Source: an uncultured delta proteobacterium (GTDB lineage: Bacteria > Myxococcota > Kuafuiibacteriia > Kuafuiibacteriales > Kuafuiibacteriaceae). From it: DNA of 64,000 bases. This document shows positions 1 through 9,590 of the stretch, piece after piece. Made by a program: the position numbers and the translations under genes. Position 1 is the first letter of the stretch, and each line of letters opens with the position of its first letter. The notes under the pieces are model-generated. The model ran no database searches. It saw only the letters and a program-made list of their open reading frames with translations, and was not told where the DNA came from. The DNA lies in NCBI GenBank assembly GCA_963803435.1, contig CAWDML010000001.1:1536001-1600000 (forward strand), read 5' to 3'.

Positions 1-715
1 GAGGAGGATCCGACCAAGTGCATCGAGAGCCCGGTCGAGTGCAACCTCTTCAGCTACGCGAGCAACGATCCCACCCGGTATCGCGACCCCTCCGGCCGCA
101 ACGCGGTCATCGTCCGCAACGAGGACACGCACACGATCACGATCCGCGCCACGATCTCGATCTGGGGCAGCAAGGCCAGCGACGCGGTGGCGCAGCACAT
201 CGAGAGCGACATCGAGAGCACCTGGGGCCAGGTCAAGACCTGGACCGACGCCAGGACCGGGCAGGTCTACGATCTCCAAGGTCAACGTCACCGTCCGCTT
301 CGTGGGCGACTACCTGGACAACGACGAGCGACGAAATCTCCGGCAGGGGTACGGCGGCAACAACCTGATCGAGGTCAACGACATCGGACGCTCGTACGTC
401 TCCGGGCCGAACACCGGGGAGTGGGGCTACCAGCAGATCTTCAACCCCAGCGGCAACGTGGCGGCCCACGAGTTCGGCCACCTGCTCGGCATCGACGACA
501 AGTACACGGATCAGGTCGTGGCCGGCGCGAAGGTCTCCGTACCGAAGGCCGGCTGGAGCAACGCCGACCTGATGGCCAACAGCTGGGGCGGCGTCGTGGA
601 CACGCGCCAGATCGATCTGGTGCTCCCCTTCGCGTTCGCCAAGAAGCCCGACGTTCGCACCGGGCCGAACAAGACCATCAACTGGTACATGATCAACGTG
701 AAGGACTTCCGGTAG
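1..715 (+). CDS. RHS repeat protein, 3' end (partial), with C-terminal zinc-metallopeptidase toxin domain; +1 frameshift at ~276
   Basis: Frame 1 from base 1 reads ...ESPVECNLFSYASNDPTRYRDPSG, the RHS core terminal motif NLYxYxxNxP...DPxG. Removing one C from GATCTCCAAG (271-280) joins it to ORF 302..715, which has AAHEFGHLLGIDDKY and a Met-turn-like ADLMA. Confidence 0.8.
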   Translation, partial: RRIRPSASRARSSATSSATRATIPPGIATPPAATRSSSATRTRTRSRSAPRSRSGAARPATRWRSTSRATSRAPGARSRPGPTPGPGRSTISKVNVTVRFVGDYLDNDERRNLRQGYGGNNLIEVNDIGRSYVSGPNTGEWGYQQIFNPSGNVAAHEFGHLLGIDDKYTDQVVAGAKVSVPKAGWSNADLMANSWGGVVDTRQIDLVLPFAFAKKPDVRTGPNKTINWYMINVKDFR

Positions 716-724
716 CGGTCGACC

Positions 725-1981
725 TCAAAGAACGCCGACGAAGAAGGGCGGATCGACGACCGGCTGCAACCCGAGGAACGAGAGCGCACCGGTCGCCGGA
801 TCGATCGAGAAGATCGCCACGTTCGACGAGCCCTGATTGGCCACCAGGGCGAAGGCGCCGTCCGGCGTGAGCGTGAAGTTTCGCGGCGTCTCCCCCCGCG
901 TCTCCTCGTGTCCGATCGGCGTGAGCGCACCGTCGGGGCCAATGGCAAAGATCGCGATCAGCCCGGGACCGCCCATCACGCGCTCGCTCGCGTACAGATA
1001 CCGGCCCGAGGGATGCACGTGTACGTCGGCGCCGGTGCTCTGTCCGGTGAACCCGCTCGGGAGCGCGCCGACCGACTCGAGGAACGACAGCGTCCCGGCG
1101 GCGGCGTCGTAGGCGAAGACGGAGACGTCGTTGTCGAGCTCTCCGATCACGTAGACCCGATCACCGCCGGGAGAGAATGCGAGATGCCGCGGCCCCGAAC
1201 CGGCCGGCGCCGCCGCGTGCGGCGGAGTGTTCGGATCGAGATGCCCGCTGGCGGTGTCCCACGCGTACTGCGCGATCCAGTCCTCGGCCTTGGCGGGCAC
1301 CAGCACGAAGCGCTGGTCGGGCGACAGACGCACCGAGTGGGACTGGGCGCCCGAGCTCTCCAGATCGGTGGCGTCGTCGATGGCGCCGCTCGCCTGCACC
1401 CCGAAGACCTCGGTGGTGCCCTCGTTGTAGTGCGCGGCCAGCAGCCGATCGCCGCCCTGGTCGAGCTCGACGTAGACCGGGTGGCCGCGCGCGTCGCGGC
1501 GATCGAGCTCGTGCAGGCGCCCCGCCACCCGGTCGATCCCAAAGCTGAGGATGCGGCCGCCGCCCTCGTCCGCCGAATGCACGACCCCCCGCGTCCGGTC
1601 GAACGCGAGATACGACGCGATCTGGCCCGCCGCCACGCTCCCGGTGCACGCCAGGGTGGCGAGCTCGGGATCGAAGCGATAGGCGGTGATGCGACCGTCG
1701 GAGCCGCCGTAGCGACCCGTCCCGACCAACACCAGGGGATGGGGCGTGGGCGTGCCGCCGTCCTCCCTCGCGGCGTCGCGGGGCCCGGCGTCCGGCACCG
1801 CCCCGCCCGCGTCCACGGCCCCATCGACGCCGTCGCCCGCTCCGTCGACGGCCCCGTCTGCCAAAACAGCGGCGTCCGTCGGGCCGGGGGCGTCCTCCGT
1901 CGCGGCGTCGCCGCCCGCCGGCGGCTCCCCCGGGGACGCGGTGCACGAAGACAGGAAAAGGCCCGTGATGATCGCTCGCAC
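725..1981 (-). CDS. Lactonase family (6-phosphogluconolactonase/YbhE-like) beta-propeller lipoprotein
   Basis: Motifs GSGPRHLAF, GADVHVHPSGRYLYASER, GETPRNF and LVANQGS. Likely GTG start at 1981 gives the signal VRAIITGLFLSSC followed by a Pro/Ala/Asp linker. Confidence 0.85.
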   Translation of the reverse strand: MRAIITGLFLSSCTASPGEPPAGGDAATEDAPGPTDAAVLADGAVDGAGDGVDGAVDAGGAVPDAGPRDAAREDGGTPTPHPLVLVGTGRYGGSDGRITAYRFDPELATLACTGSVAAGQIASYLAFDRTRGVVHSADEGGGRILSFGIDRVAGRLHELDRRDARGHPVYVELDQGGDRLLAAHYNEGTTEVFGVQASGAIDDATDLESSGAQSHSVRLSPDQRFVLVPAKAEDWIAQYAWDTASGHLDPNTPPHAAAPAGSGPRHLAFSPGGDRVYVIGELDNDVSVFAYDAAAGTLSFLESVGALPSGFTGQSTGADVHVHPSGRYLYASERVMGGPGLIAIFAIGPDGALTPIGHEETRGETPRNFTLTPDGAFALVANQGSSNVAIFSIDPATGALSFLGLQPVVDPPFFVGVL

Positions 1982-2163
1982 CGCCGAAGTCTGCACCGAG
2001 CCGGCCCCGCACCGACACGCGAAAAACGGCGCAGGGATCCACCGCAGCATGTCCACGGATTGACGGCGATGCCTTCGACGATGACAGGTCGGATGGTCGC
2101 GGGCGCCCAGCCCGTGCAATCCCTGCTCGCCTACAATCTCGCCCCGCGCTAATCAAGCCCCCC

Positions 2164-4168
2164 ATGTCGGACCTAGCCCCGAACTGGCCCCCCTCCGCGA
2201 CGACCGTCGACGACGAGCTCGCGCGGCTCGATCAGGCGCTCTTCGACCTCGAGGATTGCGGGGGCGCCAGCGTCAACCTGATCCACTGTCCGAACGCATC
2301 GGCCGAGCAATCGCTGGTGAAGAAGCTCGCCGAGCGCGCGAGAGAGCGACGGTTCGTGACGGCCGAGGTCTCGATGCGCGAGTCGAGCCCGAACACGCCC
2401 GACGCCCTGGTACGCTCGATCCTCGACGGCCTGGTGCCGCCGACGGAGACGCGTCCGAGCGGGCTCCTCTACCTGCTCGAATCTGTTCCGCGAGCGCTAC
2501 GGCAAGAACAGCGGCCCGCGGTTCGTCGAACAGGCCCAAGCCGAGGGCGCCGACGGGGATCTGACCGCTCTGGTCACCGCGTTTCTCTCCTCCCAGGACG
2601 AGGAGGCGGCCGCCGAGGTCCGGGCCTACGAGGCCTGGCTGGCGGGGACCGAGCCGCCGCGGCGCACGCGCAACCCGAACGTGCGGCGAGCCCTTTCGGA
2701 TCGGACGGCCCAGCGTGCTCTGGGTGAGCTGACCCGGATCATGCGGGCGCTCGGTCATCGTGGGATGACGATCTTCCTCAGCGAGGGCGACGCCATCCCG
2801 CAGCGAACACCTCGCCAGCGCGAGAAGGCCTACACGGTGCTCCGCGAGATGGTGGACAACTTCGACAGCGGCCGCGGCGCGCGCTCGGCGCGGATCACGA
2901 TCACCGGGACCGATGCGCTCTTCGTGGGTGAGAGCTCGATCGGCTCGCTGGCACCGCTGCGGATGCGGCTCGAGATCCCGTCGGACGCCGAGCCGCCGCC
3001 GCCGCATCGATCGTGGACCTCGCTGATCCGCGATCCCTCCGAGTACGTGCACCGGCGGATCGTGCGACCATCCGAGAACAAGGCGAACGGCCTCCGCACC
3101 CTGGTGCGAATCTCCGAAGGGTTGCCGCCGACGCAGGCGGTCAGCACGCTGAGCGTCGGCTTCGACGCGATCGAGGACACGATCGACCGCCTCTTCGCGG
3201 CCAATGGAACCGCTGAGGACGCGTTCTCCGTCCTGGTCGGTGAGTACGGGAGCGGCAAGACGCACCTCATGCTCCACCTGGCCGAGCGCGCGCTCGAGGC
3301 GAAGCGACCAGTCTTCTGGCTCAACCTCGAGCGCATGAACCTCGACCTCGGCAACCCGTCGCGACACCTGGCGCGCCTGCTCGAGCACTCGAGCCTACCG
3401 CTGAAGAACCGGCCCTCCGCCGCCGAGCGGGCGGCCTACTGGACCCGCTCGAGGCCCAAGCTCAAGGCCCTCAGGACCTCGCTGGAGGAGATCGCGGAGG
3501 GCGAGCGCGGCGACGCGATCGCGGCCGAAAAGGCGCTCCGCATCTGGGATCACGCCAAGAACCCCGAGCGCGCGCTCGAGAACTTCCTCCTGGCCCTCGA
3601 CCTGGAGAGCAAGGGCTCCGGCATGAGCTATCGCAAGGACGCCTATCAGCGGTTGCTCCTCTGGATCACGTTGCTCGAGCGGCTCGAGGACACCAAGGGC
3701 GCGGTCCTGCTGATCGACGAGGCCGAGAACCTCTACACCAGCGGCCGCTCGTGGGCCGAACGTCGGGGTGCGCTCAGGGCGCTCGCGTTCTACACCAGCG
3801 GCGCGTTCCCCGCGAGCTGCGTGGTCATGGCGATGACGCCCAACGTCTTCGACGAGATGAGGAAAGAGGCGCGCCAGCTGCTCTCCGAGGTCGACGAGAT
3901 GTCCACGACGCTCGAGATCGAGGACGTGGCGCGCTTCCGCACCAACCTGTTCCGGTTCGATCCGGATCCGGTCCCGGCGCTCACCGCGACCCAGCGAATG
4001 GATCTCTGCGAGCGCGTCCGCCTCCTCCATCGCTCGGTGCGCGGCGCCGTCGAGGTCGAGGGATGGGAGAACCGAGTCCGGCAGCTGGTGCGCCAGCACA
4101 ACTCGCCGCGGCCGCTGATCCGAACGCTGATCGACGAGCTCGAGTCGGCCTGGTGGGCCGGCGACTGA
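2164..4168 (+). CDS. Tandem BrxD/DUF2791-like P-loop ATPase (degenerate N-terminal copy plus intact C-terminal copy); +1 frameshift at ~2480
   Basis: C-half has Walker A LVGEYGSGKTH and Walker B LLIDEAE. N-half keeps BrxD-like segments (ARERRFVTAEVS; REKAYTVLREMVDNFDSG...ITGTDALF...LAPLRMRL) but lacks the Walker motifs. ORFs 2164 and 2681 join if one A is removed from GAATC at 2479-2483. Confidence 0.7.
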
Positions 4169-4264
4169 TCACTCCCGCGAGAAGCCCATCGCTAGGCCGG
4201 CCGCGATCCCCGACCAGGCACCGTCCGGCGTACCGCCTCCTGCCGCGCCTTGCCGGTCAGTGGG

Positions 4265-5641
4265 TCAGCGGCGGCGCAACAGCCCGCGGCGCTCGGCGAG
4301 CGCGAGCAGGCGCTCGTAGGTCTGTTCCGACTCGCTGCGCCGGTCGCCCCAGGCCCGCGAGGGGTTCGCGTCCAGGAACAGCTCGAGCTCCGGCTGTCCG
4401 GTCTTCGACTGCGCGGCGCCGAAGACGTGGTGCCGGCATTCATCTGCATAGATCACGGAATCGTCGGCCTCGATCACCGGCAGCTCCGTCGGCGGGAGCG
4501 GGACTCCGCCTGCAATGCGATCCATGTCGAGGAGATCGGTCATGTCGGCGGCGGCGGCGTCGCGCAGGGTCAACGGGTGGAGCCCGTACAGCGTCTCGAG
4601 GAAGGCCAGAAACGACGTGTGTTCGAAGACGGTGTGGCTGTTGTAGCGCGCCTTGATCCAGGGCCCGCTCACCACCGTCGGCACGCGGAAGCCCAGCTGA
4701 TCAAAGCCCTCCTCGGCGCGCTCATCCACGGACTTGGGCGGCGGCACGTGATCGAAGAAACCGCCGTGCTCGTCGTACGTGGAGATGAACGTGCATCGTT
4801 TCCAGCTCGGGCTCTTGGCCAGGGCGTCGTAGATGCTCGCCAGAAAGATCTGGCCTGCCAGCGGATGGCCCGGCGGATGGTCGTCGTTCAGCCCGTAGAT
4901 CGGCTCGACGATGGCGAGGTTCGGAAGCGTACCGGCGGCCGCGTCGTCGAAGAACTGATCGATCGAGACGAAGTTGGCGCGATCGTACTCGCGGGAGAAG
5001 AGGAAGGAGAAGGAGACGTTGCTATAGTAGATACGCCAGCTGCGACCCTCGGCCTCCATCCGGTCGAAGATGGTGGGGAAGGCGTAGTCGTGCCCGGCGT
5101 CGTTGTTCTTCACGCCGTCGCTCTGCGCGCCCAACGAGTAGAAGCGATTCGGCCAGGTCCCGCCCAGGATCGAGGAGAACCATCGCTCGCAGAGCGTGTG
5201 ACGATCGGCGATCCGATGGATGATCGGGATCTGATCCCGCGTGAGGTAGCCCATCACCTCGCCCGCGTGCTCGATGCCGTTGGAGGCCTCGGCCTCCAGC
5301 ACGAAGCCGCTGTTGGCGCCGCCAGCGAACTGGCCGCGGGCTCGGTTCCACGAGTGTGGAGGGTCGACGAGACAGCGGGCGGTCTCCGGATAGACGGGGA
5401 ACTGCTCCCCGGTGCTGCTCGCGTTGAACATGCCGCCCCTCAGGCCGTCGATCAGGCGGCCTTCGTTGATCGAGAGCGTCCCGAAGTAGTGATCGAAGCT
5501 CCGGTTCTCGAGCATCGTGAAGACGACGGTGTCGATCGTCTCCTCGAGCGGCCGCATCTTCCCTGCGCACCGCACCAGCAGCGGCGAGACCGCCAGGGCA
5601 CCGAGAGACTTCAGGACCGTCCGCCGGTCGACGTGCCGCAT
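4265..5641 (-). CDS. Phospholipase C / phosphoesterase family protein, Tat-exported
   Basis: Twin-arginine signal DRRTVLK; motifs MLENRSFDHYFG, TWPNR, DDHPP, TYDEHGGFFDHVPPP and LGFRVP. Confidence 0.9.
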   Translation of the reverse strand: MRHVDRRTVLKSLGALAVSPLLVRCAGKMRPLEETIDTVVFTMLENRSFDHYFGTLSINEGRLIDGLRGGMFNASSTGEQFPVYPETARCLVDPPHSWNRARGQFAGGANSGFVLEAEASNGIEHAGEVMGYLTRDQIPIIHRIADRHTLCERWFSSILGGTWPNRFYSLGAQSDGVKNNDAGHDYAFPTIFDRMEAEGRSWRIYYSNVSFSFLFSREYDRANFVSIDQFFDDAAAGTLPNLAIVEPIYGLNDDHPPGHPLAGQIFLASIYDALAKSPSWKRCTFISTYDEHGGFFDHVPPPKSVDERAEEGFDQLGFRVPTVVSGPWIKARYNSHTVFEHTSFLAFLETLYGLHPLTLRDAAAADMTDLLDMDRIAGGVPLPPTELPVIEADDSVIYADECRHHVFGAAQSKTGQPELELFLDANPSRAWGDRRSESEQTYERLLALAERRGLLRRR

Positions 5642-5683
5642 GGTTCTCTTGGTACGTAGACCCGCGGATCCTGGCAAGACCGA

Positions 5684-6508
5684 TCACTGGCAGGCGGCAG
5701 TGAAGTCGTCACAGCAGTCTCCATAACCGGTGCAGAGGTCGTCGCAGTAGCAGCTGCCGTCGGGCGAGGAGAGGTCACACCGATTCCAGCAGCTGTCGGT
5801 GTCGCACCGTGGAGCGTAATCCCGGCAGCAATCGCCAAAGCCGACGCAGGCGTCGTCACAGAAGCACCCAGCGGCCGATCGGCCGTTGCAGGAGCCGGCG
5901 CAGGTCCCGCTGCACTTCGTCAGCGAGATCTGCTGAACCGTGGCGTTGAAGTGCGAGTAGGCCGAGGCGAGACCTCCGACGGTGACCCACGCGTGCGCGG
6001 TGACCTTGATGTCGACGAACTTCGCGGCTCCGGGCGCGCGCGTGAAGTTGCACGCCAGATTCCGCACCCCGGGTGCGGGCGTTCCGTGCTCGTTGTAGCG
6101 CGCGATGTAGAGCGGGAGCGACTGCGAGCACTTGACGACGCCGTCGATCCTCGCCTCGAGCAACAGCTCGATCCCCGCCTCGCCGTAGCCGAACAGGTAG
6201 GACTCCACGTGCGCGACCGCATCCGAGACGTCGACCCGCGCGCGCGCCGTGAGATCGTGATCGGACTTCGGCGCCAGGATGGCGGCCGAGAGCGCATCGC
6301 GGAAGTGCTCGTCGTCGGCGACGATGTCCTCGGCGCCCGCGCTGAGGAATCCATTTCTGCCGGAGAAGGGCCGCGAGGGATAATACGTCCAGTTTAGGGG
6401 ATCGGTCCTAGTCTCGCTCTGACAGAGGGCCTGCGCCTGTGCGGTCGCCGGCGCCGACAGGGCCAAAAGAGCGATCGAGAGCGTGAGTCGGGGAGCGTCG
6501 AATGGCAT
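5684..6508 (-). CDS. Secreted protein with two C-terminal somatomedin-B-like domains
   Basis: Signal peptide MPFDAPRLTLSIALLALSAPATAQA. The C-terminus has the SMB cysteine pattern twice (SCNGR...CFCDDACVGFGDCCRDY...C and SCWNRC...CYCDDLCTGYGDCCDDF...C). Confidence 0.75.
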   Translation of the reverse strand: MPFDAPRLTLSIALLALSAPATAQAQALCQSETRTDPLNWTYYPSRPFSGRNGFLSAGAEDIVADDEHFRDALSAAILAPKSDHDLTARARVDVSDAVAHVESYLFGYGEAGIELLLEARIDGVVKCSQSLPLYIARYNEHGTPAPGVRNLACNFTRAPGAAKFVDIKVTAHAWVTVGGLASAYSHFNATVQQISLTKCSGTCAGSCNGRSAAGCFCDDACVGFGDCCRDYAPRCDTDSCWNRCDLSSPDGSCYCDDLCTGYGDCCDDFTAACQ

Positions 6509-6628
6509 CGGGTTCGTCCTTTCGATCCCTACAGGCGCCGGCCGGTGAACAACGTGACGAGACGATCGTCGTTTTCTTCCACGCCGCCCTCTTGATGCTC
6601 CGTCCAAATACGGGCACGAGACGGCATC

Positions 6629-7315
6629 ATGAATCCGACCCGACGCCTCCTCGCCCTCACCGCGGTTGCTCTCGTGTGCGCGTGCCGGAGCTCCGGCACG
6701 CAGGCCACCACGGCGACGATCCCCACCGAGACGCTGAACTGGTGCACGCCGAAGAGCGACTACATCGCGACCGCCAGCGAGGGCGCCTTCTGGTCGGCCT
6801 CCACGAGTCGGTTCATGTTCATCGCGCAGATCGGGCTCGACTGCCCGGATCTCGGGGCGGCCTTCCAGATCGATCCGCGCCAGTGCGGGCAGGGCGCGTG
6901 CACCTCCATCCCGGCGACCTCGGAGCTGGCGGCGAAGGCGATCCGCGATCTGGCCACGGCCAAGGTGACCGTCTTCTCCAACATCGCGGGCTGTAACTCC
7001 ATCACGCACCTCGTCGGTTTGGGATTCGAGGCGATCGGCCTCTGCGCGGACGCGAGCCTGCCGAGCTTCCCGATCGTCGATGGGCCGAACGGCAACCCGT
7101 CGTCCGAGCAGATGCCGAGCGCCTTCGAGGGCTGCATCGAGGTGCCCTGCCTGCCCAACAATTGCACCGCCGGCGACGATCCCAACCACCGCCAGAACGT
7201 CCAGGCGAACCCGGGCTGCGAGTGTCCTCAGACCGACGTGGCGGCGCGCTGTCAGGAGGTCCAGGCGGCGGACTGCACCTGCTACGAGTTCTGCTGCAGG
7301 TCGACCGAAGAATGA
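6629..7315 (+). CDS. Cys-rich lipoprotein, hypothetical
   Basis: Lipobox-like LVCAC after a hydrophobic stretch; many Cys; stop overlaps the next ATG (ATGA at 7312-7315). Confidence 0.7.
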   Translation: MNPTRRLLALTAVALVCACRSSGTQATTATIPTETLNWCTPKSDYIATASEGAFWSASTSRFMFIAQIGLDCPDLGAAFQIDPRQCGQGACTSIPATSELAAKAIRDLATAKVTVFSNIAGCNSITHLVGLGFEAIGLCADASLPSFPIVDGPNGNPSSEQMPSAFEGCIEVPCLPNNCTAGDDPNHRQNVQANPGCECPQTDVAARCQEVQAADCTCYEFCCRSTEE

Positions 7316-9588
7316 AGGGGCGCTTGGCCCTGATCCTCGCCGCGGCGTTCGCGTGCACCCCCAAGCCGCGCGAGCAGTGCCGGCGCGCGTTCGAGGTCGA
7401 GGACTACGCGCGGGCCGCCTCGATCTGCGCCGAGGTGTACGCGCGGACCGGTGACGTCGAGGCCGGGACGACCGCGGCGCGAGCCGAGGGCAGGCTCGAG
7501 CACCTCGAGGCCACGATCGCCTGGGCCGAGCGGCTCGGCGACGATCCGAAAGCCGCCGCCGCGTGGAGAAGCGCTGCGTTCGCAGAGGAGACGCTGGAGC
7601 ACGCGGAGCGCGCCCGCGCCGCCGACGTGCGGGCGTCGGCGCTCTACGAGCAGGCCGGTGAGCTCGGCGAGGCCGCCTATCACGCGCACCGCGCCATGGA
7701 CGCCGACTGGCACGCCTCGCGGTTGCTGGCCGCGCTCGAGCAGGCGGAGCGCGCGTTCGATCTGGCCTGGCGCTCGGAGGACCTCGAGATGCGCCGCGTC
7801 TCCTTCACCAGCCTCTTCCTCACGCTCCACGACGCCGGCGACTTCGAGTCGGCGCGGGCGCTGCTCGCAAAGACGCGGGCGGCGGTCCCCGATCCGGATC
7901 CGGCCTTCCTGATGTTCATCCGTTTCTACGAGGCGCTGCTCCACCAGTCGGAGGGCCGGGTCCGGCTCGCCGCCGCCGGCTTTCGCTCGGCGCTCGAGGC
8001 GTACCGCACGCTCGATCGGCCCCGACCCGATGTCCGCCGCGCGATCCGCTTCGATCTGGTGGAGACGCTGCTGGCGCTCGGAGATCTCGACGCCGCGGAA
8101 GCCCAGCTGGCGCGGGCTGCCGCCGAGGCCCCCGAGGACCTGCCGAGCCACATGCGATCGAGCCAGGCGTACTACGGCGCGCTGGTCGCGCTCGCGCGCG
8201 GTCGGGCCGAAGAGGCGGAGCGGATCCTGCGTCCTGCGCGCGACGCAGATCCGATCCCCGACTGGCGATGGCGTCTCGAGCACCTGCTCGGTCGCGCGAT
8301 GGCGGCGCAGGGTCGCAACGACGAGGCCGCCGGCGCCTTCTCCCGCTCGATCGAGGGCGTCGAGGCGCTGCGCGCCGCCATGAAGTACGACGACCTGAAG
8401 TCGACGCTCCTCGCCGACAAGCGCGCTCCCTACGAGGCGCTGTTCGCGCTTCGACTCTCCGAGGGACACGTGGACGAAGCGCTCGCGATCTCCGAGCGGG
8501 CCCGGGCACGCGCGTTCCTCGACGTGTTCCTCGCGAGCCGTCACGATACGCGGGCGCGGCTCTCGGTGCTCGAGTCGCTGGCGCCGCGCTTGACCGCATC
8601 TCCACCCGAGGCCCCGGCCCCGGCCCCAACCCCGATCGGATCGACCGAGCGCGCGCTCGCCGGCGAAAACGTGCTCGACTTCTTCCGGGCGGGAGACGCG
8701 CTCTATCGCTATAGCCACACCGCGGGCGGCACCGCCCAGATCGATCGGATCCCGGCGTCGATCGAGTCGATCTCCGAGCAGGCCAGGAAGGTGGAGGCGG
8801 GCGGCAGGGACCTCGCCCCTTACCTTGCGCTGGGACGGACGCTGCTCGACGGCGCCGCGCTCCCCACCCGGCGCGGCGCGACTCTCTACGTCGTCACCGA
8901 CGAGCCGATCGCCAACGTCCCCTTCGCTGCGCTCCGCGATCGCGACCGGTTCCTCATCGAGCGCGCCGCCATCGCGTACGTGCCGAGCCTGACGGTGCTG
9001 GCGGCGCTGTCCGGCGCGGCACGGACCAGCAGCGCCGCCGCCGTCGTGCTGGGCGCCTCGCGATCGTTCGATCCGTCCCGGCCCGAGCTCACCGGCGCAC
9101 GCGACGAGGCCGAGGCGGTGGCCGCGCTTCTCGGCGTGACCGCGCGGCTCGGTCCCCGCGCCACCCGCGACGCGCTGAAGGCGGCCGGCGGCGCGGCCGT
9201 GCTCCATGTCGCCGGGCACGCCTCCGCAGGCGCAGCCGGTGGCACGCTGGAGCTGGCGGATGGTCCGGTCGACGCCGCCGCGATCCTGGCCTGGCATCTC
9301 CACCCGAAGCTCGTCTTCCTCGCCACCTGCTCCTCGGGCACGCGCGACGCGCACGAGATCTCCGGCACGCTCGCCACCGCGTTCCTGGCGGCCGGCGCCC
9401 GCACCGCGGTGGCCACACTGCGCGCGATCCCGGACGCGTCGGCCCGGCGCTTCGCGGCCGCGTTCTACGCCGCGGGCGGCGCGGGTGCTCCGGCGGACGC
9501 GGTCGCGTCCGTGGCGCGCGACTGGATCCGCGACGGACGGCCCCCGGACGACTGGGCGCCCTTCGTGGTGTTCGGTCGCGGCGAGTGA
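7312..9588 (+). CDS. TPR + CHAT (caspase-like) domain protease, lipoprotein signal
   Basis: Start MKGRLALILAAAFAC; helical TPR-like N-region; CHAT motifs VVTDEPIANVPFAAL, YVPS, LHVAGHA (His), LVFLATCSSG (Cys), AFLAAGA and DWAPFVVFG. Confidence 0.88.
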   Translation: MKGRLALILAAAFACTPKPREQCRRAFEVEDYARAASICAEVYARTGDVEAGTTAARAEGRLEHLEATIAWAERLGDDPKAAAAWRSAAFAEETLEHAERARAADVRASALYEQAGELGEAAYHAHRAMDADWHASRLLAALEQAERAFDLAWRSEDLEMRRVSFTSLFLTLHDAGDFESARALLAKTRAAVPDPDPAFLMFIRFYEALLHQSEGRVRLAAAGFRSALEAYRTLDRPRPDVRRAIRFDLVETLLALGDLDAAEAQLARAAAEAPEDLPSHMRSSQAYYGALVALARGRAEEAERILRPARDADPIPDWRWRLEHLLGRAMAAQGRNDEAAGAFSRSIEGVEALRAAMKYDDLKSTLLADKRAPYEALFALRLSEGHVDEALAISERARARAFLDVFLASRHDTRARLSVLESLAPRLTASPPEAPAPAPTPIGSTERALAGENVLDFFRAGDALYRYSHTAGGTAQIDRIPASIESISEQARKVEAGGRDLAPYLALGRTLLDGAALPTRRGATLYVVTDEPIANVPFAALRDRDRFLIERAAIAYVPSLTVLAALSGAARTSSAAAVVLGASRSFDPSRPELTGARDEAEAVAALLGVTARLGPRATRDALKAAGGAAVLHVAGHASAGAAGGTLELADGPVDAAAILAWHLHPKLVFLATCSSGTRDAHEISGTLATAFLAAGARTAVATLRAIPDASARRFAAAFYAAGGAGAPADAVASVARDWIRDGRPPDDWAPFVVFGRGE

Positions 9589-9590
9589 TC

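Noticed and set aside
2164-4168. Complete BREX defence system
   Set aside because: Only a BrxD-like ATPase is present; no pglX, pglZ, pglW or brxHI.
6509-6628. ECF-type promoter in the divergent intergenic region
   Set aside because: CGTC-like -10 candidates exist, but I found no convincing paired -35 element by eye.
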